Source: Macrostomum lignano (Eukaryota). From it: a stretch of DNA of 64,000 bases. Both the position numbers and the translations under genes were made by a program. Position 1 is the stretch's first letter. The number at the start of each line of letters is the position of its first letter. Where the stretch lies: assembly GCA_002269645.1 (NCBI GenBank), contig NIVC01001504.1, positions 186,001 through 250,000 on the forward strand, written 5' to 3'. Below the pieces are notes generated by a model. It did no database searches. It was not told the DNA's origin and was given only the letters and a program-made list of their open reading frames with translations. Positions 11,906 through 24,500 of the stretch are shown in pieces.

Positions 11906-12504
11906 CTGGTTTCTCAGTTCTCCTTGGTGCAGAGCAGTCTCTAAAGCCGGTCTCCAAACTGTAACCACAAAGCCAGCAAAAGGAGGCTATCGAACTAAAA
12001 TAGCTTCTTCGGTCAGTGCGCATTATCAAACGAGACGAAAAACTTTTTCAAACTTTAAAAATCGCTGCAGATAAAATTTCTTCCACTCCAGTAACAGCCA
12101 AACAATCAGCCCGGGCCACTGACTCCATCTTTGCAGCGCTTTTGTTGAAAGCTGTTGGCTAATAGAATTGCTTTGATCCATCTGGGCTCGAGGGGGGGGG
12201 GATTCGATCTCAGCACCAGCTCAGTTCGGCCGATTTCGACTGGCGTGTCAGCCCGGCTGAGCTGCAGGAGCAGGCAAATTTGGTTGCTTTTAATGGTGCC
12301 GTGCGTGCAGCAATTATTGCCAGACCTTTGATGCGGCCCTTTCCAGCTGATTTGTTGACAAAGCGGAACCGTCCATTAATGGCGACCGATCTCCATTCTT
12401 CAGTTAATTTATCCCCTGACTTCTGGCTGACGGCGGCGCGCTGACATCTGTCAGTGGCAAACATGTTCATGTATCTATGCTTTTGTCCGTGGCTGCACCT
12501 ATAT

Positions 12505-12715
12505 GCTTGTGTCTGTGGCTGTCTGTCTGTCTGTCTGTGGCTAGCTGTCTGTCTGTGGCTGTCTGTCTGTCTGTGGCTGTCTGTCTGTCTGTCTGTGGCT
12601 GTCTGTCTGTGGCTGTCTGTCTGTGTCTGTCTGTCTGTTTGTGGCTGTCTGTCTGTGGCTGTCTGTCTGTGGCTGTCTGGCTGTGTTTGTCTGTCTGTCT
12701 GTGGCTGTCTGTCTG

Positions 12716-12746
<31 letters not shown>

Positions 12747-13047
12747 GGCTGTCTGTCTGTGGCTGTCTGTCTGTGGCTGTCTGTCTGTGTCTGTCTGTCT
12801 GTCTGTCTGTGGCTGTCTTTCTGTGGCTGTCTGTCTGTCTGTGGCTGTCTGTCTGTGTCTGTCTGTCTGTCTGTGGCTGTCTGTCTGTGTCTGTCTGTCT
12901 GTCTGTGGCTGTCTGTCTGTCTGTCTGTGGCTGTCTGTCTGTGGCTGTCTGTCTGTGTCTGTCTGTCTGTTTGTGGCTGTCTGTCTGTGGCTGTCTGTCT
13001 GTGGCTGTCTGGCTGTGTTTGTCTGTCTGTCTGTGGCTGTCTGTCTG

Positions 13048-13082
<35 letters not shown>

Positions 13083-13483
13083 GGCTGTCTGTCTGTGGCT
13101 GTCTGTCTGTGGCTGTCTGTCTGTGTCTGTCTGTCTGTCTGTCTGTGGCTGTCTGTCTGTGGCTGTCTGTCTGTGTCTGTCTGTCTGTCTGTCTGTGGCT
13201 GTCTTTCTGTGGCTGTCTTTCTGTGGCTGTCTGTCTGTCTGTGGCTGTCTGTCTGTGTCTGTCTGTCTGTCTGTGGCTGTCTGTCTGTGTCTGTCTGTCT
13301 GTCTGTGGCTGTCTGTCTGTCTGTCTGTGGCTGTCTGTCTGTCTGTCTGTGGCTGTCTGTCTGTGGCTGTCTTTCTGTGGCTGTCTGTCTGTGTCTGTCT
13401 GTCTGTTTGTGGCTGTCTGTCTGTGGCTGTCTGTCTGTGGCTGTCTGGCTGTGTTTGTCTGTCTGTCTGTGGCTGTCTGTCTG

Positions 13484-13514
<31 letters not shown>

Positions 13515-14049
13515 GGCTGTCTGTCTGTGGCTGTCTGTCTGTGGCTGTCTGTCTGTGTCTGTCTGTCTGTCTGTCTGTGGCTGTCTTTCTGTGGCTGTAT
13601 GTCTGTCTGTGGCTGTCTGTCTGTGTCTGTCTGTCTGTCTGTGGCTGTCTGTCTGTGTCTGTCTGTCTGTCTGTGGCTGTCTGTCTGTCTGTCTGTGGCT
13701 GTCTGTCTGTGTCTGTCTGTCTGTCTGTCTGTGGCTGTCTGTCTGTGTCTGTCTGTCTGTCTGTGGCTGTCTGTCTGTGGCTGTCTGTCTGTGGCTGTCT
13801 GTCTGTGGCTGTCTGGCTGTGTTTGTCTGTCTGTCTGTGGCTGTCTGTCTGTGGCTGTCTGTCTGTGTCTGTCTGTCGGTCTGTGGCTGTCTGTCTGTGT
13901 CTGTCTGTCTGTCTGTCTATGGCTGTCTGTCTGTGTCTGTCTGTCTGTCTGTGGCTGTCCGGCTGTGTTTGTCTGTCTGTGGCTGTCTGTCTGTGTCTGT
14001 CTGTCTGTGGCTGTCTGTCTGTGGTTGTCTGTCTGTGGCTGTCTGTGGC

Positions 14050-14100
<51 letters not shown>

Positions 14101-14102
14101 AT
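12505..14102. repeat. 1.6-kb compound (GTCT)n/GTGGCT microsatellite
   Basis: GTCT runs punctuated by GTGGCT and GTGTCT; no stop codons in any frame, which explains the long ORFs here. Confidence 0.97.
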
Positions 14103-15525
14103 GTTCTAGCTGACCTTTGAACTCGCAAAAGTTGTAGGCCCCGAACGCAAATGGAAAGACTTGCAAAAGCATTTTCACCCGTAGAAAGCATGCAGATGGC
14201 CTCGCAGCAGCACAATAGGCTATCCGTTTGAAAGTCAACTCTCGTGGGAGTCGCGGAGGCGGCAGCCTTTTCAGATTTCTCCAGTTCTCTTCGGTCGGAC
14301 ATCGAAGGCGGGTGCCGCTGTGGCGCAATGCTCTAATTTTCGAGTTTCCGAGAAAGCAGGGGAGGCCTTGCAGTCCTCACTTCCCTTCAATTTGCTGCCC
14401 TTCCCCTCCCATCCCGGGCGGTTTGCACTGCATGCAGTTTTCCATATTTCTAAGCTCGTAGCTCTCAGCTATCAACTTGAATCCCTCAAAACTGCTACTG
14501 CAGAGCAAGGACTCCTAGTGGTCCTTGCTGCAGAGTCACAGGCCAAAAATCTTCCCACCTCTTTAATGTATTTTCTAGCTATGGCATGTCTTCTCTAGAT
14601 TTTAGCAGGTTTTCTAGTCTAGTAGTCCTCGTTTAACACACACAACTCGGTATGCATAGTGGAAGTCCTGAAGCTGAGATGCTGGCAAATAGTGGAAATT
14701 GGGCTGGCCCTCAAAAAATGTCTACAGAACAACGACAACTTCTGGCGGCCCTTGTGAAAGTCAGGCCAGACTGGGAGGCCAAAGCAAGCAGAATTGATGG
14801 CGGTCGCCCGCACCTGCACTGATTGGGCAGTGGCGGTCAGAAATCCCTACAGCAGCCAGATCGCCCAGGTATCCGGATATAATACGCCCTACTTGCAGCG
14901 CCGCAGGGTTTCGCAGGTTGAGGCCCCCCTCTCCCCAGCCGCACTCTCAGCTGTCCCGCAGCCCCTGCCTCTGAAACACAGCACTGCTCGCAGCCCCAAC
15001 TCCAACTTGTACCCGAGAAGATCAGACGCGAGCGAGCCTCGACTCTGAGTAGGGAGGGGGAGAGCTTCGTGAATTGCGCAGCTCCCGTCGTGTCCTTTCC
15101 AACCTCGGGAATTCGAGCCCAGGGCATCGGGCGGGAGTCCCGAGTCGAGTCGACATCGCCGAGTCATCAGCGGGAGCAGCAGAGTGGCATAAAGCAATTT
15201 GAGCAGCTCCCCCCTCTTGTTTTCCCCGGGCAGCGGCCGCCCAGAACTCCCCCTCCCGCTCGGCACTTAATCCACTTCTGGGAAAACAATTAACCCATCT
15301 GATCGCTGCAGCGATAGCGCCGAGCTTAATGGGATAAAAAGGATTTGAAGTTCGAAGATCTCCGACCCGCCTCATCCCCCCGAACTCGGCCCGGGCCGGG
15401 CTTGCTCGCTCCTGAGGAGCAAATAAAACTCTTTGTCAAAGAAGCCGCATGCAGTTTCTGCTCAGTCGGAATCTCAGCGCACTGCAAACTGCCCCGCCGC
15501 CGAGCGCCTTATCGCTGGCTCAAGC

Positions 15526-18500
15526 ATGAGAATTTCTGCGTGGGCGGTAAGTATATATCTCCTTTTTCAGCGCAGCAGCTCAATTATTATTAGGGAAATT
15601 AGTATACATTATTTTCTTTTATAAAGCAATCGGTTGTTAGACTTGCTGGGCGATTGACAGAACATGCAGGGATCGCAGTAGTGCAGTAGTGCCTTTTTTC
15701 AAATGCGAATGATTTGTCCACCTGTCAGGTGACTTGACCTTCACGCTTATTTAGGCAACCCTCTTTTACTTTTTTGTGGTGGATCCAGGGGTCAAAGGAG
15801 TTGCTGACCCTTTGTAGAAAACTAGGGATCAGTTAATTCTAAACCTGCCATTTTCTTGTTTAGTATAATTACATAAATCTACGAGTATATCGCATAGGCT
15901 AAATATTTGATAATCATCCTTAACATTATTAAAAAACGGTAGATCAAAATAGGTGAAGGCAAGCGGATTCCTAATCAAAATCTGTATCAATAGCAATTGA
16001 TACACCCTTGTTTACCGCATGGGGTGAATTGAAACGTGGATGGTCCATGGTCGATCCTGCAAATACACATGAGTCGTCCTTGGTATATTTAAAAAGTTGC
16101 ATACTTTAGAATGTCTAAGAGCAGAATAAAAAAACTTTGTCTATATTTGGGTATAGAAATTCGCTTAAATTAACCAGTAGCTAAGCTAGCATCGATAATT
16201 TGTAGTTAATGAATCAACGAGCAAAACCATAATATATATTTGGTACCCAGAATCATACACGTACGTAGAACGTGGCACCTAAATTAGAACGCAGTCATTT
16301 CCACTCATTTTTAGAGGCCCGTGCTGGCACGTTACTAAATTTAACTCTTTTGAAATAATTTGACTAAAATATCCAAACAAAATATTATTTGAAATTAAAT
16401 AACCTCTATTGCTTTGTCAACATCTTTATAAATAGGCATTGTATTTTTTGCTTTACTATCTGCTAAAATTTAACTTGTGAGTGTTTTCAGAGTTTCGCAG
16501 AAAATGTCTGTTCAATTTCATTGGGACCAAGCGTTGTTGTATGCATAAGCAGTTTGACTTGATGCACTGGTAGGTGTTAGATATGTAGCATGTATCTTAG
16601 AAACAAGGGAATGATGCTATGCAGGCTTATAATAGGGAGTGTCTACGTTAAAAAAGACTTTAGGCCTAGTCTCAGTCTCAGTTAATTTTTTAGTTTTGGC
16701 ACTAGCCACTATCTATCTTGTCCTTGTTTGTAAAAAGAATGCACACTATTTCTAAAACTTACCTTTTTGGATATTTTCCAAACATTCAACAAATAATGCT
16801 TCTGGGTATTCTTATTGAGGTATGTAAATTTTGATGAGTGAATATTTTAAAGTATAAAAACATGAAAAATGCAACTAATACCATTGGCATTATAAAAGGA
16901 ACTAAGAATGTAAACAAAATAATTTTTTAATAATTTGTTTCAATATATGATGAAGTTTGGCTAATGTTTAGTTTGTACAATTTAATTCTAAAAGCAAATA
17001 CTTTTTTATGCTTTCATGAGTCTATTTTTGTTATAAGTCAACAAAGCTACTATTTTACATTAAAGTATTAATGTTAAATATCTTAAGTATCAAACATTTG
17101 ATCATACTTAAATCCTAGCCATGTTAATTTTTGTACCTTTTGTAATCACTTTTTAGTTAAAAAGGGGGCCTTATTTTAACTCATGTTGAAAATTGTCAAA
17201 AAATCAGCTAAAACTTTACAGCAAAATTCCATTTTAAATTTAATTATACATTTTATGTGACCTATTATGTGCTAAATTATTCTGATTAGCATTTGTTATA
17301 TGCTATATTCATAACTGTATATATTTATTGTTTATGTGTGCTAGAATTTTCTGCCATAATGTACACCTTCCTGAGTGTAAAATCCTAGGACTGATATAAG
17401 TCATATGCAACCAAATGTAAAGAAAGTTGTTTCGTTGGGCCTATTTTGAATTTTTCCTAATTGACTGGGCTCGCGTGCATATTGCTATATTAGGATATAG
17501 AGTTAGAAATTAGGTGGTCGCCAATTATTTTTCCCAAAAAAAATAATAAAAGTCAATAACAAATATAGGCTATAGCAATTGAGTAATTTGAGTTAAGTAG
17601 TTCAACAATTAATTAATACCCTGAGCGAGCACTGGGACAACTGACTGTAACTGTGGACTGTGGTGTGGTGGCTACCCACTGGAAGATAGTTGGAATGTAA
17701 ATAATGATAAAGACCTAATGAAGTGTAATTGGAAGAACCTAAGGCTGAGACTCTAATACTGAAAATACGGTGCAAATGAAAGCTGTTATCTCAAGGATGC
17801 TAAGCTACGCTAACTCACGACCCAGCAGTCCAAATCCAAGTTGCCCGTCAACCGTCCCAGCGCGACGCTCTTTCTAATTTAAATATATTTCGTATAAATT
17901 AAAGATTAACAAAATAACGTACGAATTATACTACTACAATTGCAATAATCAATATTTAAAATCAATTTATAATTTCATTACACAAATTTTATGCCTTATC
18001 TTATTAAGTGTAGGTATGGCAATCTCCTAGTAAGTGTTGGTTTACTTTTTTTCAATTTAAGAAATGTTCTATTTATATACATAGTTTTGCATCCGTTGGC
18101 CAGATTAAATTCCTTTTTATTAGAGCTATATGCCTAATTCATACTCAGGATTATATCATTAATGCCAGAAATTTCTGGCACAAATTTGTAATAGCCAATG
18201 CATATTTTGGTGCATAATTTTTTTGAAAATTCTTGTGGTATATATATATATACTTGAATTTTAGTATATAACATGCACTATATGGCACATATACACTTAT
18301 TCTGAACCTAGAAGAGGCTGTGTTATGCCATTATAGTTTGTATAAGCATAAGAAATCAATTTAAACCAGTGTCAAGATTGTGTATCAATTTGGAACAAAA
18401 TTTGCTTCCCTAGCTCCTGTATACCAATCACCAATGTATGCCAATGGACTTAAACACACAAAAATACACCAAGACAAAAACAAAAAAGACAAACTATTTA

Positions 18501-21500
18501 AGGCTTGTGATTTTTTAATTTTTGCAAAAAAAGATGAATAAAGAGTTGTTAATATTCTATTAAACTATAAGGAACTAGTTTATTTTAAATATTTTTGTTC
18601 ATACATACAAAACCTCCAAAATTCGGTTGGCCATGCAACTTAGTTGTGACAAAATGCGACAAAAATGGGACATAGTTTTTGGCTAAAAATGTGACTTACA
18701 TGTAAAAAAAACCCTAGTGTAAGTAGTATAAAGCAAATTAACGCTACTTTGGGTAAATGGCAGGAGTAACTATGACTGTCTTATTAAGTCAAAATGCCTC
18801 ATCAGCTACTTAGTACTACTACCTGGGGTTTTTTAGGTGGGCATTTTTGCAACTTCCTTGTTTGGCCACCAAATCAGTTGGCTAGATTGGCCAACTCGGC
18901 CGACTGTTGCGCACGTATGTTTTTGTTATATTTTAACTTTTTAGAAAAGTTAAATATAATTTTTATTTAGTTTTTCAATAATTTTTAGGATGTATTCTTT
19001 TGAGTCAAAATTTAGCTATTTTCATTTTCCAATATACTAAAAATCAAAACTATCCTATATACTAAAACTAGTTGTCTATGTATGTAGCTATGCAATAGAT
19101 TTAAGAAAAATGGCTTAACTGATTTTCTTCAAACTTGCACCATTCAATCAGGAATTTTCCTGTAATGGTACATGCATTGTGGCTAAGAAATTACTCAATG
19201 TTTAAGGGATTAAATATAAAAAAAACATGATTTTTGCAAAGGTCAAGTAGACTTTTCAACTTGAAATGCATTGTAAAAAAACTGACTGGCTGAATTTTGA
19301 TTCTAATAAAAATTGCATCATAAAAAGTTGAAAACAGTGTCAAAGAAAATCACACAAGACTTGATTAAAAAATTACATAACCATATTGCTAATTTAAATT
19401 GAAATTGAAATTGATGCTCACTGACTAAGAAGTTGATTTTGTCATAATTTTATTGAAATTGATGTTGACTGACTAAGAAATTGATTATGTCATACTTTTA
19501 CTCTAACTGACACGATGTAAGAATTGAATTATAAGGGCCACCATTTTTCTCTAATTGACAAGAGATAGCCTAGATGCAAACAGACTAGACTGCTAATGTA
19601 GCAACCTGGGTTTGAATCTTAGTAGTGCAAAATATTTTTTATATGCAATATGTCAAACATAAAAATGGCACCATGTCAAACAAAAGAGCCACCATGTCAA
19701 ACATAAAAGAGCCACCATGTCAAACATAAAAGAGGCACCATGTCAAACATAAAAGAGCCACCATGTCAAACATAAAAAAGGCATCATGCCAAACATAAAA
19801 GAGCCATGTCAAATATAAAAGAGACACCATGTCAAACATAAAGGAGCCACCATCTAAAACATATGAGAGCCACCATGTCAAACAGAAAAGAGCCAGCCAC
19901 CATGTCAAATATAAGGGAGCCACTATTTCAAACATAAAAGAGTCACCATATCAAACATAAACAAGCCACCATGTCAAACATAAAGGAGCCACCATGTCAA
20001 ACAAAAAAGAGGCACCATATAGAACATAAAAGAAAAGAGAGCTTAGAAAGGGATTATTGTACTACCTGAAAAGGCAATTATTGCATTAGCTGAGGAAATT
20101 GTTGAACTAGCTATTTGCTGTCTGGTGGATTCTTGCTATTTAGGGATACTGGCTATCTGGGGGAATGCTTAGCTGGGGGATGCTTGCTATCTAGGGGATG
20201 CTTGCTATCTGGGGGATGCTTGCTATCTGGGAGATGCTTGCTTTCTGGGAGATGCTTGCTTTCTGAGGGATGCTTGCTATTGGGGGATGCTTGCTCTTAG
20301 GGGGGGGGGGAATCTGAGAAGGGTTTGCTAGCTATCTACGCATTCTTTCTATCCAGGGATGCTTGCTGTCTAGGAGATGCTTGCTATCTGGGGGTCACAG
20401 GGATGCTTTCTATTAGAAAGATGCTTGCTGTCTGGGAAATGCTTTTGACTTTGGGGGAATTCTTGCTATTTTTATTGTAAAGGCTAATTTTGTTGTGTAC
20501 TTCTGTGACTTTTATAAAAAAGAGATTCATAGTAAACATCTTTCATCCATGACAATTTAAGTCAAGTAAGGTGAAAACTGAAAAAGGAATCAGTTCTTTT
20601 AAAAGTGTGGTTTTTTAATGGTTTGCATGAATGATTTTTGCTCTTTGCATATTAGGCATCCCAAAGGGGGGCATTAGATTGCTAGTATTTAGCTAAACTT
20701 TAACTTAGTAATTTTTGTACAAAACTGTGTACATTGGTTTGACTTGCAACTTGGTCCTACCTGCCACCTTGGCAATCTCTATATACTAGACTATATACAA
20801 AAAAGGCATGCTAGGCTATTCTGTATGCCAATGGTGTACTCCAGGTCCTTCTGTATACTGGAATTTTCTGCTTACATATATACCATCTAGAGTCTGGTTT
20901 TTAAGTTATAAAAACTTTATTATTTAAAGACAAATTTATAAAAAATTAATGTTGCATAAAGTTGTAAGTATATAGTTTGACAATTCTTTTGCAACTATAT
21001 TATAGATACATAAAAGGATAATGGCTTTATTATGTAAATGTTTGTGTTTATTCTGGAGTAAGCTAAGGGCTAGGAGATATCAGATTTACCTTGGGTACAA
21101 TGTGGCACACTAGTGGATTTTGCTTTGTGTACTTGGTGCACAATTGAAAATATTGTTGGGTAACTTCTGGCACATATGTAAGATGATCCTTACTATATTG
21201 CCTAACTGCCATCTCCTCTTCTATGGGCTTTGGTGATAACAGCAAAGATAAATGTCTAGCGTGGTTCTATGTTTAGGTACTATTAGTGCAAGGGATTCAA
21301 ACCTTCTTTTCTCATCTTATATAGATGGCTACAGATTGGGTAGGAATAGAGGTTATTTTAAGCAACAGATATGTGGGCCTATTATATGCATTTTCATTCA
21401 TGTTTTACATGAGTAAACTATGCCCATTTATGTGTATTTTGGGTAATTTTATGTGTATAAGCAAATGCACAAAATAGGTGTCTTTGGTACCATAGAAAGT

Positions 21501-24500
21501 ACACAATAATAATACAATATTGCAGACAGGTATAGGAAGAATGCTAACTATATATGTATATGCAAGTTCCTAAAATTTGTTTATTTATGCAAGTATTCTC
21601 AATTGTTATAAGGCTTTTATTTTGACTAAGGCCAAAAAATGGTGACTTAGCCAAGTTAAGGCTGAAGTGGGTTTTAATAAATAAAGTTTAGAAAAAATCA
21701 AGACAAATTGATCAGTTTATGCATAAAAATGCAAAGAATATTGCTGAGAATAAAATAAACTGATAGTAAATGGAGCAATTTAATAAATAAAAAAATTTAA
21801 GAATAAAAGGATAGTTACTAGTTAATTTTTTTTATTACTAGTGTAATAAAAGAGCAACTTAATTTGACATCAAGCAATGAAAGTTCATGCACTGTATGGC
21901 TCAATTTATGTAGCTATAAACAATAGCATTCCAAAATAGATTTAGCTGAAAATCAAAATACATTGAAAATAATGGATAGTTGTGTCATCTAAAAGCTTAT
22001 TGCATTGTTAGCTAGTTTCGTGCTAAATAGAACCAAGGATTTGTTCAGTGGCCTGCTTGATGACTTTCTGCTAATTGTAGATAGAGTTAACCTTGGCTAA
22101 AATTTCAATACAAGTGCACTAGGATATAGGCCTTTATTGGTCAGCTGTATGACCAATCTGAGAAGTCAATGACAATAGAGATTGCATTTGGGCCATTGTT
22201 AGGGGCTTCAAATAGTTGTTGATATTGGGTTAGACATCCATCCAGTATGTTGGAAGTCAAGTATCAATTAACAGAGGCTGCAAATTTGTAAAATTAGTGC
22301 ATACATGGCTTGTATAATTACTCTTGGCAGCATCTAAAGCCTCTTTGTTAGTGAGGACAGTCTAAATTTAAGGAGGTATAATGATTAAGAATACTGGAAT
22401 TAGGAACTATAGCTTAGTTACCCTTGCAATAGCAGAATAAGCTTATTTAACATAGCAATAAAAAATCAACTCTGAAATGGTCCAAAACCTGCTGTACCAT
22501 TGAATGCTTTTCTGAATGAAGTCAAAATGCAAGTCTCATCAGTTTCGTAAGGTCATCAGCATGTTCTGCTACTTGGATCACAACTCCAATGCCAATCCAG
22601 TTAGAACATTGGTAGACTCCTTCAATCTCTCTTGTTCCAGTTAAGTTGCATTCATGCCATACAAAAATTCAATTCTTCTACTTTTGTAGATTTGGAATTT
22701 ATTCATCTTGAAAAAAACAATAAATAGTTTGGAGACATTTTGCTTTCTATGAATAAATATACTAAAATGACTCAAAAAGTAATATTTTATCAAATATAGA
22801 CTAGTGAATTTCTTTATTTGATTTCGTTTTATATTTCAAAATTTGAAAATATACAAAAGTATTTTAATATTTTCACAATATAAATGTAAGTCATAGTAAA
22901 GCAAAATAATGAGTAAAACTATGCTGTTCTAGTAATATTCCAGGTTAGTAGGCCTAAGCCTTATGTTGACACAAAACACATGCTGAATATGCTATATAGC
23001 TAATTGAGAAGAATAGTTTTACTGTAATATTAAATAATAGTAAAAAGTGCCAAAGAAAATTTATAAAATACTAACATATGTATATTAGATGAAAGCATAT
23101 AAACATGCTAGTACATGTGTTGCATGCTATTAGCATTATAGTCCATTACTCAATATTTGAATAATTAACCATTTTTACAGTTTGCTTTAAGCAAAATATT
23201 GCATTGAAAATGCACTTACACACATCTAACAATGTGCATAGTATGTATGTTTTTTGTTCTCCATATGACATTACGTTCCAAATATGTGCATTTTATGCAT
23301 GTGCATGTTGCTTGGATATAAAGGCAACAAATTACTGCAGGGTATACTGAATACTAGTGGTGCTATAATGTCTCCTCATAGTGAATTTATGTAACTATAT
23401 AATTAGCTGATAAAAACAATTGCCATTCAAATGTGCTGCATATTTTTCTTAGAAAAACTTCTCCTAAACAAAAACTAAAGCTTCTTATCAATAAAACTTG
23501 AACCACCTTAGCAAAGCTAACTGATATTATCTGAAATATTTGTTTCAACTAAACTGTGAAATCATATGTATATCTACTTTCTGCCATTTGACAAAAAACA
23601 AATGACTGTTTAACAAAAAGGCTTTTAATTAAAAGGTTTTTGATGAAATGTCAATCTACTTTTAGACTAAACAGCCATATGCAGCCTTCAGATGCACCAT
23701 GCAATAGCTGTAGCTGAGCTGTTGGTTGAATATGTGGCCAAATTGTGGCAAGTGTAATCCATTATTTTTATTTTTATTATCTTCTACTTCTAAATAGAAG
23801 TATGCAAAAATTATCTTTTGCAATGTTATACTTAGTCAAATAGGTTTTCTAAGTATATTACAAATAAATTTTCTAAAAAACACCCAAAAGCAAGTGTTGA
23901 AAAAAATAATTTTAAAGAATATCTTATAATAATAATAATTGTTTTTGATTTTGATTGCTTCATTAGTCCAAAGCAATGTTTAGGGCCTAGTGTTAAATAT
24001 CTTAGCAATGAAGTCAACTTTTGCAGTGCTTGAGGTGTTATTTTAAAGCTAAAATGTATAAAAAATTAATAAACAATTTTGAAACAAGTTTATCTTATCA
24101 AGCTAATACTATGATAAAAAATCAATGGTAGGTCAAGATGATATGTAATTAGAGTGTTACTAAGAAATCTTTGAATTTATTTATCTTATATTTTAACTTT
24201 AATTAAAAATGTAAGTTTTTATAATTTGATACCAAACAATTATATAAATGTTTGTTTAAAAGAAAGTTAAACTAGGTTAGGCCTAGTTTTATTAACAAAA
24301 GTATAAATAACTTTTGAATATGACCTATTTAAATATGAATATCTCTTGGGAAAACTACATATGACTTATTTTTAGGTTAAATTTTAATTCTATTAAAAGA
24401 GTTTCTTTTAACAGTAGTTTAGTGTCTATAAATATCAAAAAGTAAAATTATTATTAGCTTCAAAGTCATTCCATAGAATCATACTTTTGAAATAATTCAT

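Noticed and set aside
21063-22700. Possible transposase or RT relic in the AT-rich block (ORF 21063-21245 and stop-riddled frames near 22.0-22.7 kb)
   Set aside because: Manual translation showed no recognisable DDE, RT or helicase motif. A frameshift-aware search with CpGs restored is needed.
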